A DNA stretch of 64,000 nt. It comes from Macrostomum lignano. Lineage: Eukaryota. Below the pieces are notes generated by a model. That model did not search any database and was not told the origin of the DNA. It saw only the letters and a list, made by a program, of their open reading frames with translations. Location: the NCBI GenBank assembly GCA_002269645.1, contig NIVC01000035.1, positions 1-64,000 of the forward strand, written 5' to 3'. The translations under genes were made by a program, and so were the position numbers. Numbering within the stretch: position 1 is the first letter of the stretch; every line of letters begins with the position of its first letter. Of the stretch, positions 34,939 through 47,545 are shown one piece after another.

Positions 34939-36229
34939 CTGATCCGATTTTGGAATTCAGTTCAAGAAATTTTCTTGATCCATTGTCACGTTTACACTTT
35001 AACAATAAAATATAGGCCTATTTGAAATTGTCAATTTTTTATTATTGATATATTAGTACTCTGTTTTTTTCATAGGCCTATCCAAGACAAAGCAAAGTCA
35101 AGGAAAGACAAAATTAAATTATAAAGACTGACAAACATAAAATAGATTCAAAGCTTTTCATTTTCCTACCAATTCTGGTTCTGGAACCAATGTTCATGAA
35201 AAAAAGCCTAAAAGAAGTCAACAAAAGTTACTACTAAAATACGTGACAATACAAGTGCTATTGTAGACTGTTTCTGCCTTATGAAATTGTAATGTACTAA
35301 TCTAAAGTCAGACTAAACAGTTTAGCTTCGAGCTATAGCCTGTGCCTTGTACCTGCATCTGGCTATATTGTACATACATATTAGATGTCATTGTCATGAG
35401 TCGAAGTATCATTTTACCATGTCATATTTATAACCATATCTAATAATAGTAGTAATACCTATCAGTCTAGTAATCTAGGACATAGTCTAGTAATCAGTCT
35501 AGTAATACTTGTATCATACCAGTTTTTAATACAGGCCCATATTTATAATTATAATAGACTAGGGCCTAGGCCTCCTAATACTAATAGGCCTAGTTTTATT
35601 TCTTATACAATCTATCAATCTGATTTAATACAAGGCTTATTACTAGAAATGACAAAATCCTAGTCTTACCAATCCTAGGATTATCAATATCTAATTGGGA
35701 TATCCTAGTCAAAGATAATCCCAAGACCTAGAATTATTAATCCTAATAATATCCTAGACCTAAGTATTGTAAAGCCTAATCCCTTGATTCCAAAATCTTT
35801 TTCTCAATCCTGGAATCTCAATAGAGATTTAATAATTACTAACTACATTAAGACAAAATACTAAATCAATAGCAAATGATTTCATGAGCTAACTATACTT
35901 GTTGACCTTGTAATGTTCTAACTTTCTTGTGTACTTAACCTAATATTATTTTTTCTTTTGTATAGTTATATGTTGCTACAAAAAGTCACCTAATGGATTC
36001 TGAAAAGTAACAAAAATATATAAGTATAATTTTATACTAGCATCATACATGCGCAACTGCTGGCCGACCTGGCCGATCCGGCCACCGTAAATCGTGGCTG
36101 ACCAGGGGTAAGTCGCAAAATTGAGTCAACCAAAAAACAGAAAAACACAAGAACCAAGAAAGGCAAGAGGAAAGCGAAAGAAAGAGCAGTTCAGGGAAAA
36201 TGGTGAAGCAAAAGAAAAACAATTCGCAA

Positions 36230-36780
36230 AAGAAGCAAACTAAGTTGTAAAAATAATCAGGTAAGTTGCAAAAAGGATCAGGTAAGTCGCAAAAGAAGCA
36301 AACTAAGTCGCAAAAAGGATCAGGTAAGTCGCAAAAAGGATTAGGTACGAGTGTAAGTCCTAAAAAGGATTAGGTAAGTCGCAAAAAGGATCACGTAAGT
36401 CGCAAAAGGATCAGCTAAGTCGCAAAAGGATTAGGTAAGTCGCAAAAGGTTTAGGTAAGTTGCAAAAAGGTTAGGTAAGTTGCAAAAGGATTAGGTAAGT
36501 CGCAAAAAGGATTAGGTAAGTTGCAAAAGGATTAGGTAAGTCGCAAAAGGATTAGATAAGTCGCAAAAAGGATTAGGTAAGTCGCAAAAAGGATTAAGTA
36601 AGTCGCAAAAAGGATTAGGTAAGTCGCAAAAGGGTTAGGTAAGTCGCAAAAGGATTAGGTAAGTCGCAAAAAGGATTAGGTAAGTCGCAAAAAGGATTAA
36701 GTAAGTCGCAAAAAGGATTAGGTAAGTCGCAAAAAGGATTAGGTAAGTCGCAAAAAGAAGCAACTAAGTCGCAATAAGAG
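36230..36780 (+). repeat. 20-21 bp minisatellite (AAAGGATTAGGTAAGTCGCA) inside the P-like element
   Basis: About 25 tandem units. The core GGTAAGTCGCA also occurs singly near both element ends (36107, 38206). Confidence 0.9.
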
Positions 36781-37039
36781 GGAAGTAAGTCACAATCAGA
36801 GGCAATCAGGGGGTAGTAGGTGCAAGTGTGGCAGGAGAGCAAAAACAGAATAGAAGCCTTCAACAACAGACAAGATCTTTGAAATTAGAAGCCCGCGTCA
36901 ACAGTTTCCCATTGATTTCTTAAACTCTGGAGCAGGGGTCGGCAAACTCCGGCTCGCGAAGCCCCTCTATCTGGCCCTCGCCCCTTGGGTTCTTTGAAAC
37001 TTCCTAACTACGAGTAGCAAGGTTGGTGTCTCTTCAACT

Positions 37040-37690
37040 CTCATCTCTCTCTTCTTCTCTACCTTGCCTCCCCTCTTCTCTCTCTCCCCCTTTTCCCTCT
37101 TCTCTCTCCTCTCATTTTTACTCTCCTCTCTTCTCCCCCTTTCTCTCTACCCTTTCTCCTCAATGCCCTCTTCTCTCCTCTTATCTTCAGCAAAAATATG
37201 TGCATAATTTCTTACTTCAAAGTAGAGGGAATAGAAAGATTAGAGATAAGCAAACAGAGGAGAGGCGAGCGATGCGATGGGAGAAAAGATAGAAAAGGAG
37301 AGAAAAGCTGAGGAAGGAAAAAGAGATGAGAGAGAAGAGGAGATGAGAGGAAAGAGGAAAGAATAGATGATGGATGAGATCAGAAGAGAGGAAAGAGGAA
37401 AGAGGAGAGAGTAGATGAGAGAAGAGAGGATAAAGAGGAGATGAGAGGAGAGTGAAGAGAGGAGAGATGAGAGAGTAGAAAAGAGAGTAGAGTGGAGAGA
37501 GACGAGAGGGAAGATAAGATGAGAGAGTAGAGTGGAATGGAGAGACGAGAGGAGAGATAAGAATGTAGAGAGGAGACAGAAGAGATAGGAGAGGAGAGGA
37601 AAGAGAGGAGAGAGGAGAGGAAAGAGAGAAGGGATAAGGGATGAGAGAGAAAAGAAAAAGAGGATGAGAAGATTGAGGAATGGAGAGAAT
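37040..37690. repeat. CT-rich then GA-rich low-complexity DNA
   Basis: Pyrimidine tract 37040-37190 followed by purine tract 37230-37690. Confidence 0.8.
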
Positions 37691-39129
37691 TTGCAAAGGC
37701 CTCAAATCTTAGTTTAACATGCATTACTCCCATCTTTGCCTTTTTCCTAACTGTTAACAAGTTTTTGTTTGAGCATGACTTCAAATTTAGAATCTATGCA
37801 AAAATAGTTTCGGGAATTAGAATTCAGTGGTTTAAAAATCTGTGGGTTTTCACAGCTTGTATCTCTACTGGATTCGTATTCTGCATCTGATGAGCCATCT
37901 GAATCAGGGCTCTCATCTTCCATGCCAAATCGTCTAGCAAATCGTTCTTGAGCTATAGGTCACACTGTATTCACTTCACTTACTTCTGGACATTCATGAA
38001 TCATGACTTTTGTAGTATGCTCACTACACTGTACTGACAATTTACTAATTGCTTCATGCCGCCACTAGATGACATACTGACTAGCTGTTATAAAAACGCG
38101 AAATCTGCACGCAGCACTAATTAGCTGGCGAGGCATTTAGCTTAAAAAATATGGTCATAGTTACTCCTGCCGTTTACCTAAAGTTTTTTGCTTGGCTCTT
38201 TTATAGGTAAGTCGCATTTTTTTATCGAAAACTAAGTCGCACGGCCAGTGTAATTTCAGAAGTTGCGCATGTATGCTAGCATGAAAAAAATGCTTTTTAG
38301 TTTAGGCCTAAGCCTATAAATTTGTGCTAAATCAAAGAAAAATAGAGAATAAGAAGATGAGACTAGGAGGTTTGACTAGAAAGAAAGATTGCTAAAATAG
38401 AAAAAACAGACAAAAAGGAATGAATAAGAGGAGAAAAAGAAATATATATAAAAAGGAAAAGACACAAGAGTCAAGACAAAACAATAGTCAATTTGTTAAT
38501 AGTCAATAGTCAATTTGTCATAATGCTCTTAAATTTTGCTGAAGGGCTAAATAGCCACATTAGTTAACTACTTTTGTTCATAATCATATTGTAGCTGAGA
38601 ATTAGGCATAAAAGTCAAGGCATTTAGAAAAGATAGAACAAATATTCAAATTGGATAAGCCTATTTGATATTTGAAAAAAAATATGAGTCATATAGAAGT
38701 TTTTATGCATGTCTGCTTAAAAAGACACCTTAGACACACACAAAGAAAGATGCTTTATAAGCTGAGATATTCTATAGCAAATGTTATTACAACATTTCCC
38801 AATATACCAAATACAGTATATAATCATTTTTTAAAAGCCACTACATTGTCACACTTTGCTCTTTCTAAATGAAAATTGCACAACTGTTTTACACAGTTTT
38901 CCTAAGATCATGAGTTTTCTGGATTGCAAACCTTATTTTTACTTAGTTAGCCTAGGCTTAGCTATATTTTAACTATTGTTTTTGATTTTTTGTAATTATA
39001 ATCTTCATTATTTTAGATGCATTTTTTGTATCGTATGGATATATAGACACTTTAGAGTTAAATAAAACTCGTGTTTCTAATTTCTAACTATAATGAAAAG
39101 AATATATGAAAATTGGCATAGCCATACTA

Positions 39130-40554
39130 CAAGGGAAAGTAAAAAAGTAATGATAATTTTGTTCTCATGGGTGTCAAACTTCAAATGGGAATCTACTTTT
39201 CTATAGAGTCTCCCTTCAAGGTTAGGCACTTCTCCATGTGGTATCGCCATCTTTCTAGACCATACGCGTAGAACTCAGGAGGCTATGCAGCAAGCCACTG
39301 TATAGTAGCCTTTTTGGCAGCCTCTTTGTCCTCATGTTGGACTCCTTTAATTGCTTCCTTCAGTTTGGGAAACAATAAAAAGTCCGAAAGAGCCAAATCA
39401 GGGCTAAATAGAGGATGCTGGAGGATTTCTTAGTGGAAATATTGCAGGGCTTCACATCAGAGCCAAGAAGTATGAGCTGGTGCATTGTTATGGTGAAAGA
39501 GAATCATATAGTGCAGCTTACCAAGTCACTTTTTGGCTAGTTTGGAGTGGAGCTTTTGCAAAAGCAACTCATATTATGTGGCATTGATGGTCTTCTGGTT
39601 TTCCAAGAAGTCTACCATCACCACTCCCTCAACATCCCAAAAGATGGTCATCAAGACCTTCGCTGCAGACCATTCTGTATAGAACTTCTTGGGGCCCGCT
39701 GAACCTTGTGGCAGCCACTCCTTAGATTGGACCTTGGACTTTAGATTGTACTACTAAAATATCAATGTTTCATCCTTGATCACTAAGCACAGGTAAAAGT
39801 TTTCTGAATCAGCATTTAAGCAGTTCAGCAGGTTGATGGCGCATTCAGTGTGCTGAACCCAGTGTTCAAGCAGCAACAGCTGCGGGACCCAGCAGGCACT
39901 CAGCTTGCTCAGACCAAGACAGTCCATCACAATGGAGTGAGCACTGCCATGAAAGATGCCCACTTGGTCAGCAATATTGTCTATGGTCAAGCGCCAATCC
40001 TGCTTAAGTACGAAGGGTGTTGCAAAAGTTTCCAGACTAATGCTAATCCTGGTGACAATTTGTGTTTGATTTCACTGAAAATTGATGTCTATGGTATTCA
40101 GTCATAGAAAAAAAACTTTTCATAAAATTTTTTGCAACTTAGTCAATCACAGCAATATGCAATGTGGACTTTCCAGACTGCTAGGCATCTTTTATGGACC
40201 CTTGGCCTTTCTTGAAAGTCTAAATCCAGCAATAAATGGTCATATCTAATGGAGCAGTGTCCCCATAGACCTTCAAAGCGTCATTGATTTTGGCTGGCTT
40301 CCAACCAAGTTTTACAAAAAACTTCACATTTTATGCAAGCTTCAATTTTTTAATTTTCCATTGCTGAAAGGGTATACTGTGATTAGTGTCATCATGCAGA
40401 CAGATATCAATCACTTTAGAAGAACCAAAATTTTGTCAAATAAAGAACAAAATAGTTTTTTTTTTCAAATGAAACCAGTTGTAGTTCAATACCTCTTATA
40501 TTTTATGCATTACAACAAAATTATTGAATATCATTACTTTTTGACTTCCCCTCA
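39130..40554 (-). mobile_element. Decayed full-length mariner (irritans/Hsmar2-like) with an internal insertion
   Basis: Degenerate TIRs (CAAGGGAAAGTAAAAAAGTAATGATA vs TATCATTACTTTTTGACTTCCCCTCA) flanked by TA. Remnants KFFVKLGWK...VYGDTAP and LTIDNIADQVGI...CWVPQLL...KDET. An extra mariner-type TIR CGAAGGGTGTTGCAAAAGTTTCCAGAC lies at 40011. Confidence 0.8.
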
Positions 40555-41936
40555 TATAAGTAAATTTATTCTTGTATAAAAAATTCTTACTACTTATTTT
40601 ACTTTTTCAATATTTTGCTTTTTTACTTCCAATTAAGAAACAACTTGAAATATAAAGTTATGTCTAGGCCTACCATAAAAAATCAAAGACACTGATATTG
40701 ACAAAAGCTAAAATTGGCAAATGCATTTGTTTTATAAATTATTTTATCCAATTTAATGTTTACATTTTTTCAAAGAGTGGGGGGACCAAGCACATTTTGC
40801 CACAATACAGATCTGCACCTTTCATCCCCCTTGGGTCTTTACCCTTTAGAATCTGCCCCTCAACAGATTTTTGGTTGTATTGTACTAGGCCTACTAATAG
40901 GCCCAAATATTTGATACTGAAGAACCAGTTAAAAAAACAAGTTCATTATAATTTGATGCATTCTTAGAAAGTCCAATTCCACTGTACAGTCAGCCCTATC
41001 AATGTACAATTGTACCCCTGTTGTTGGCCAGCTCTACCACCCCACCTTCACCACTAGTTGCCTAGATTCAAATGCCCTTTTTCTAGTCTATTTAAAGTTT
41101 GGACTGATGTGCTCTCTGTCTAAACCTTGTAAAAAGCCATTCAAACTCAGTTTGTGTCTCATTACTCTTCTTATTTGTCATTAAAATTGACACCTAAGGG
41201 AGGCAATTCTCCCTTAAATTTTTGTTGCTTTTTGACTTATTATATTTGTAAAAATAAAGTATACAATGCAAATAGTACATTATAGTTGGCATGGTTCTAT
41301 TTAATGCATATTGAACTTTTTAGTAACCATTCCTAGACCTGTCTAAATAATAAATGTTGACAATGTTTACCACCATCATTATTTAAATTGTTATTGAAAT
41401 AGACTTTACAGCTCGTAGAAAGCTTATACTTAGATTATTGCATATTAGGTAGACTTAAATTTTCATCTAGGTTTGTTTATATGTTAGTTGGTTAAACAGT
41501 CGACAGTTACTGACATCAATGAACCCCATAAATGCTCCCCTTCCAGTACCAACTGGACTCAGCATCCAGCTGTGCAACCTGTCAATCTCGACAATTACAC
41601 AATCGCATGCCGTTTATCTCCGCAACAGCAGCCATCACGACGCGCCGACACAGCCGACGTAAAGGACTCCATGCAATTCAAGCCGCCTGGTTCTGTAGGA
41701 AGAAAGCGTTAAAATTCGCGGATTATGCGCTTAGCTGAAAACGGCGACCGGATCAACGTTGTACACACTGTCGAATACGCTACTAGCCAGCGCAACTGCT
41801 AATTCAACTATTTACTTTCAGTTTTATTATATTTATATAATTATTAAAGACAGCTTAAGCCTCTTTAACACAACTACTAATAACTAAACAAATTTAAAAC
41901 TTGAACAGTTGGGAACTAAAATAACAATTTAAAACA

Positions 41937-44900
41937 ATGGCTCTTAACGTGAATCGCGAAATTAGCGACGACTTTTATCGCTACAAAATGCCCCGCCTGA
42001 TTGCGAAAGTCGAAGGCAAAGGCAACGGCATTAAGACTGTCATTGTCAACATGCACGAGGTTGGCAAAGCGCTCTGCAGGCCGCCAATTTATCCAACTAA
42101 ATATTTCGGCGCCGAGCTGGGCGCCCAGACCCAGTTCGACCAGAAGAATGATCGCTATATTGTTAATGGGGCCCACGATGCCGAGAAGTTGCAGACTATT
42201 CTAGATGGCTTTATTAAACGGTTTGTTGATTTTAATTATTGTTCTTGTTCAGGGAGGGGGTTGTAACTATTTTGGTTATCCTACTAAATCGGCCTTCACA
42301 TTTTTATTCCCTAATAGTACAACAAATAGCATTTTTTGACTAGCACGCTTGTAATTCCTTTTGATTCTTAATTAGCATCTCAGTAATCCCCCTTGAAGAC
42401 CTAATTAGCATCTCAGTAATCCCCCTTGAGACCTAATTAGCATCTCAGTAATCCCCCTTGAAGACCTAATTAGCATCTCAGTAATTCCCCTTGAGACCTA
42501 ATTAGCATCTCAGTAATCCCCCTTGAGACCTAATTAGCATCTCAGTAATCCCCCTTGAAGACCTAATTAGCATCTCAGTAATCCCCCTTGAAGACCTAAT
42601 TAGCATCTCAGTAATCCCCCTTGAGACCTAATTAGCATCTCAGTAATTCCCCTTGAGATCTAATTAGCATCTCAGTAATTCCCCTTGAAGACCTAATTAG
42701 CATCTCAGTAATCCCCTTGAGACCTAATTAGCATCTCAGTAATCCCCCTTGAAGACCTAATTAGCATCTCAGTAATCCCCCTTGAGACCTAATTAGCATC
42801 TCAGTAATCCCCCTTGAAGACCTAATTAGCATCTCAGTAATCCCCCTTGAGACCTAATTAGCATCTCAGTAATTCCCCTTGAAGACCTAATTAGCATCTC
42901 AGTAATCCCCCTTGAAGACCTAATTAGCATCTCAGTAATCCCCCTTGAGACCTAATTAGCATCTCAGTAATCCCCCTTGAAGACCTAATTAGCATCTCAG
43001 TAATCCCCCTTGAGACCTAATTAGCATCTCAGTAATCCCCCTTGAAGACCTAATTAGCATCTCAGTAATTCCCCTTGAGATCTAATTAGCATCTCAGTAA
43101 TTCCCCTTGAAGACCTAATTAGCATCTCAGTAATTCCCATTGAAACCTAATTAGCATCTCAGTAATTCCACTTGAAGACCTAACTAATATCTTAGTAATT
43201 CCCCTTGAAGACCTAATTAGCATCTCAGTAATTCCCCTTGAGCCTTAATTAGCATCTCAGTAATTCCCCTTGAGACCTAATTAGCATCTCAGTAATTCCC
43301 CAAGAGCCTTTAAGCCTCAGTATCTGCAACACTAAACGCTCCGTCCCCCCCGCCGCATCAAACAGCTACGTACTGTGCTCGGAGTGCGAGAACCCCGAGA
43401 CCGATCTGATTGTGAAGAGCCGCGGCAAGCAGGGCGAGCTGTACGCCAAATGCAAGGCCTGCGGCAGCACTGGCACCGTCGTGGACAACAGCCGCACCAC
43501 CCAGTTCATTATTAAGAATCCGCCAGACGAGACCGGACTGGCCCTGGCCTCTAGCACCAAGTCTGGCGCCGGCGGCGGTAAAAAACAGCGCCGCGGAGGC
43601 GCCGGCGCCGACAAGCAGGCCGACCGCAGCCCGGAAGCCGGCAACAGCGACGAGAACGACGAGCAGCAGCAGAAGTTGATGGACGAAGAAGATGGCAACG
43701 AGATTGGCGGCGACGGATTCGATAGCGACAACGGCGAGTGGGAAGACGGCCCCGTCGGCGTTGAAGAACGAGTCGAAGAGCTGCCGGAATCGATCCGGCG
43801 CCTGATTGTCACCGAGGATCTGCTGCAGCTGACACCGCAGGATAGGGCTGATCGGTAGCGCCGCTTCTGCTATTTTTATTCTAACAAAAAAATTTTGTTA
43901 GAAGCCTGATTTTCGACATGCTAAAATCCCAATTTGACAAACCTAAATCCTAAAACTACAGTCGGGAAATCCCAATTCCACCATCCGGGAAATCCCAATT
44001 CCACCATCCGGGAAATCTCAATTCCACCATCCGGGAAATCCCAATTCCACCATCCGGGAAATCCCAATTCCACCACCCGGGAAATCCTAATTCCACCACC
44101 CGGGAAATCCAAATTCCACTACCCGGGAAATCTCAATTCAACAATCCGGAAAATCCCCACCACCCAGGAAATCCCACTTCCACAATCCGGAAATTCCCAA
44201 TTTCAAAATCTAAAAAATCCCAATTCAACCCATGCGGAAATCCTCAAAAAATCAAAATTCAGTCAGGTAGCGAATGCTTTTAACTACTAAGCTTGATAAT
44301 TTCAACTAAACCATACGAAGCAATGGTTACTAGTTGCTATCCGGAAGTGTTGTCCAATAAAACAAATTTAAGTAATCTTGATATTTCTGGGTTGCGTCAG
44401 TTAACTGTGCCTTTTTGCCATTCGGAGCAAGCTTTTAGCTGACTGGATGATTGCCTGTCTCGACAAGAGACAAAACACTTCAGCAGTATTCGACTCCATG
44501 ATTTATTACTTGGCTGGCTTTACTACTGATATTTCCCTCAGCTTTTTTCTCTGCAGTTAACATTTCCTAATATGGTTGTGTAGCTGCTGTTATTATCTGA
44601 CAGTTGAGATTGTTCATTAATTTATATTGGAATATAGCTTGAGCAGGGTTTAAACTGTTAATTGCGTATGCATAGTAGGGACTCAAACTATCAAATGTTA
44701 AGTAGGATAAATTGAGCACCTATCTAATGGCGCCAGAATACGAGGTAAGCATCTGATGGCGCCAGAATGAGTCTCCAATGGCGCCAAAATGAGTCTCCGA
44801 TGGCGCAAGACTGAGTATGCGATGGCGCCAAAATGAGTTTCCGATAGCGCCAGATTAAGCATCTAATGGCGCCAGAATGAGCATCTGATGGCGCCAAAAT

Positions 44901-47545
44901 AAGCATTTGATGGCGCTAGAATGAGCATCTGATGGCGCCAGATTGAGCATCTGATGGCGCCAGAATGAGCATCTGATGGCGCCAGAATAAGCATTTGATG
45001 GCGCTAGAATGAGCATCTGATGGCGCCAGATTGAGCATCTGATGGCGCCAGAATGAGCATCTGATGACGCCAGAATGAGCATCTGATGGCGCCAGAATGA
45101 GCATCTGATGACGCCAGAATGAGCATCTGATGGCGCCAGATTGAGCATCTGATGGCGCCAGAATAAGCATTTGATGGCGCCAGAATGAGCATCTGAACAT
45201 ACATGCGCAACCTCCAAAATTCGGTCGGCCATGCGACTTAGTTTTAACAAAAATGCGACATAGTTTTTGGCCAAAAATGCGACTTACATGTAAAAAAACC
45301 TAAAGCAAAATTAACGCAACTTTGGGTAAACGGCAGGAGTAACTATGACTGTCTTATAAGGCTAAAATGCCTCGTCAGCTACTTAGTACTACTACTTGGG
45401 TTTTTTTGGGTGGGCATTTTTGCGACTTCCTTGGTTCACCACCAAATCGGTCGGCCGGATCGGCCGACTCGGCCGACTGTTGCGCATGTATGCATCTGAT
45501 GGCGCCAGATGGAACATCTGATGGCGCCAGAATGAGCATCTGATGGCGCCAGAATCTAAGAGGTCACAATATCGCCGATTAGAGCTAGGCTACATTTCAA
45601 TGCTTACACAGAGAATTCTTCTCGTTCAGATATCCCATTATCCGGCTCCTACCCCCCTCCCAGCTTCCACAAGATGCTGAGCGACAAGCTGGCCTCAGGA
45701 TTCACCAAGGACACACCGCAGGAGCTGCTTCAAGAGGCCGACAGGCTGGACATTCGCGACAAAGCTGTCGTTGTAGTCGCCGAAGTGCTGCTGAACAACC
45801 CCGGCACCCTGGCCGCCGACATCACCAAGAAGTACAGGTCCGTGTTCCTGGCCTTCACCAATGGCAATCCCCGCTCGCAGAAATATCTTATCGGGGCTGT
45901 GGAATCGCTTGTCCAGCGCTACAAAGACGCTCTGCTGGACGCCAAGCGGATTCCTAATCTATTGAACGCTTTCTACAATGCCGACCTGCTGTCCGAGGAG
46001 ACCCTGATCGAGTGGGCCGACAAAGGGGTAAAAGACAAGTTTGCGCTGTATTTCTCTGCTAATTTTTTTACTAGTTAAAAAAATGAAAATAACCCAGTGC
46101 TTGTCTCTCTCTGCCTATTCTAGGTCAGAGATAAGCTTGGTGTTCTGTCTGTCCTCTTAGTGTAATTTTGCTGCGTTAAATTTAGAATCACGTGGTTTGT
46201 AGCCAAAACCTCTCTCTAGTGACGCACGCTCGCTATTTTTAAAAGCATTTTTAAGCAACTGCGAGTATACTGTAGACTAAAAAAGGCATTTTAGGCTCTG
46301 TGTAATTGTAAAATATTCAGCAGTTTCTTCTAGGTAATTGACTTTCAGATATTTTTGCGTATTCTTTTTATTGCTGTTTCTTGGAAAAGCAGCTAGAGGT
46401 TTCTTTAGGTTTAATCTGGCAGGGCGGCCCAGCAACTGAGGATCTGGGAGGCTGGTGGCCCAACAACTGAGGATCTGGGAGGCTGGTGGCCCAACAACTG
46501 AGGATCTGGGAGGCTGGTGGCCCAACAACTGAGGATCTGGAGGCTGGTGGTCCAGTAACTGAGGATCTGGGAGGCTGGTGGTCCAGTAACTGAGGATCTG
46601 GGAGGCTGGTGGCCCAGCAGCTGAGGATCTGGGGGGCTGGCCCAGCAACTGAGGATCTGGGAGGCTGGTGGTCCAGTAACTGAGGATCTGGGAGGCTGGT
46701 GGCCCAGCAGCTGAGGATCTAAGGGGGCTGGCCCAGCAACTGAGGATCTGGGAGGCTGGTGGTCCAGTAACTGAGGATCTGGGAGGCTGGCCCAGCAACT
46801 GATGATCTGGGAGGCTGGCCCAGCAACTGATGATCTGGGAGGCTGGCCCAGCAACTGAGGATCTGGGAGGCTGGTGGCCCAGCAACTGAGGATCTGGGAG
46901 GCTGGCCCAACAACTGAGGATCTGGGAGGCTGGTGGCCCAGCAACTGACACTCTGGGAGGCTGGCCCAGAAACTGAGAAGCTGGGAGGCTGGCCCAGAAA
47001 CTGAGGAGCTGGGAGGCTGGCCTAAAAACTGGGGATCTGGGAGGCTGGCCCAGAAACTGGGGTGGCAGATGGGGGACTTTATGCCAATAAGCATTCTCCA
47101 TAGGATAATCGCAATGATGAAAGCATTACGCCAATTCAAGTGTCCAGGCCTATGAGTCTGCCATGATCTGTTTACACGAGTCCTGAGCTTATCCTATATA
47201 ATCACCTCTGTTGGCCTTCATACGCTGCAAATCCTTCTAAATGCCTCCCTCTCTGCCTGCACATTTTGTTTTATTCAGCCAACCAAGCGTCACACTGGCG
47301 ACCGGAAGCTGAGCAAGCAGATCCACGAGCTGGCCAAGCCCTTCATCACCTGGCTGAAAACTGCCGACGTTGAGTCCAGCGACGAGGATGAAGAGGAGGA
47401 GGAGGAGCAGCAGAAGCCAGAGCAGAAGCCAAAAGCTAACGGAGCCGCTGCTGGCAAGCCGGCGGAGAAGCCCCAGCAGCAGCAGGCCAAGCAGGCGGCA
47501 GTGGAAGAAGATAACGAATCCGATGTGGACATCGACAACATCTAA
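41937..47545 (+). CDS. EIF5: Eukaryotic translation initiation factor 5, 4 coding exons, 467 aa
   Basis: Exons 41937-42220, 43366-43854, 45664-46027 and 47279-47545; GT-AG, phase-consistent, 1404 nt. [35 protein letters not shown], zinc ribbon [12 protein letters not shown]...CKACG, W2 domain [22 protein letters not shown] and PFITWLKTA, acidic tail. Confidence 0.96.
42365..43310 (+). repeat. 33-34 bp minisatellite (GACCTAATTAGCATCTCAGTAATCCCCCTTGA[A]) in eIF5 intron 1
   Basis: Near-perfect tandem copies filling most of the intron. Confidence 0.92.
43963..44240 (+). repeat. 23-bp minisatellite (GGGAAATCCCAATTCCACCATCC) in eIF5 intron 2
   Basis: Tandem copies decaying to the right. Confidence 0.85.
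44725..45560 (+). repeat. 22-bp minisatellite (ATGGCGCCAGAATGAGCATCTG) in eIF5 intron 2, interrupted by a MITE
   Basis: The array resumes after 45492. Confidence 0.9.
45198..45492. mobile_element. 295-bp MITE of the same P-like family as 36044-38275, in inverted orientation
   Basis: TIR CATACATGCGCAAC; shared subterminal GGTAAACGGCAGGAGTAACTATGAC and GGCCGATCCGGCC; 8-bp flanks CATCTGAA/CATCTGAT (7/8). Confidence 0.85.
46420..47060 (-). repeat. 28-31 bp minisatellite (rc CAGATCCTCAGTTGCTGGGCCA[CCA]GCCTCC) in eIF5 intron 3
   Basis: Same family as 20339-20555, in opposite orientation. Confidence 0.9.

Larger units (their letters stand above)
36044..38275. mobile_element. P-like non-autonomous DNA transposon with 15-bp TIR and 7-bp TSD
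   Basis: TIR CATACATGCGCAACT at both ends and perfect TSD CTAGCAT (36037-43, 38276-82). CA..TG termini with a 7-8 bp TSD fit the P superfamily. Internal minisatellite and CT/GA low-complexity DNA. Confidence 0.8.

Noticed and set aside
37878-37925. CTGATGAGCC...GGGCTC hammerhead-like start
   Set aside because: No GAAA core after the putative stem II.
41488-41738. 74-aa and 68-aa ORFs upstream of eIF5 as independent genes
   Set aside because: Non-ATG starts and no recognisable product; considered only as possible uORFs.
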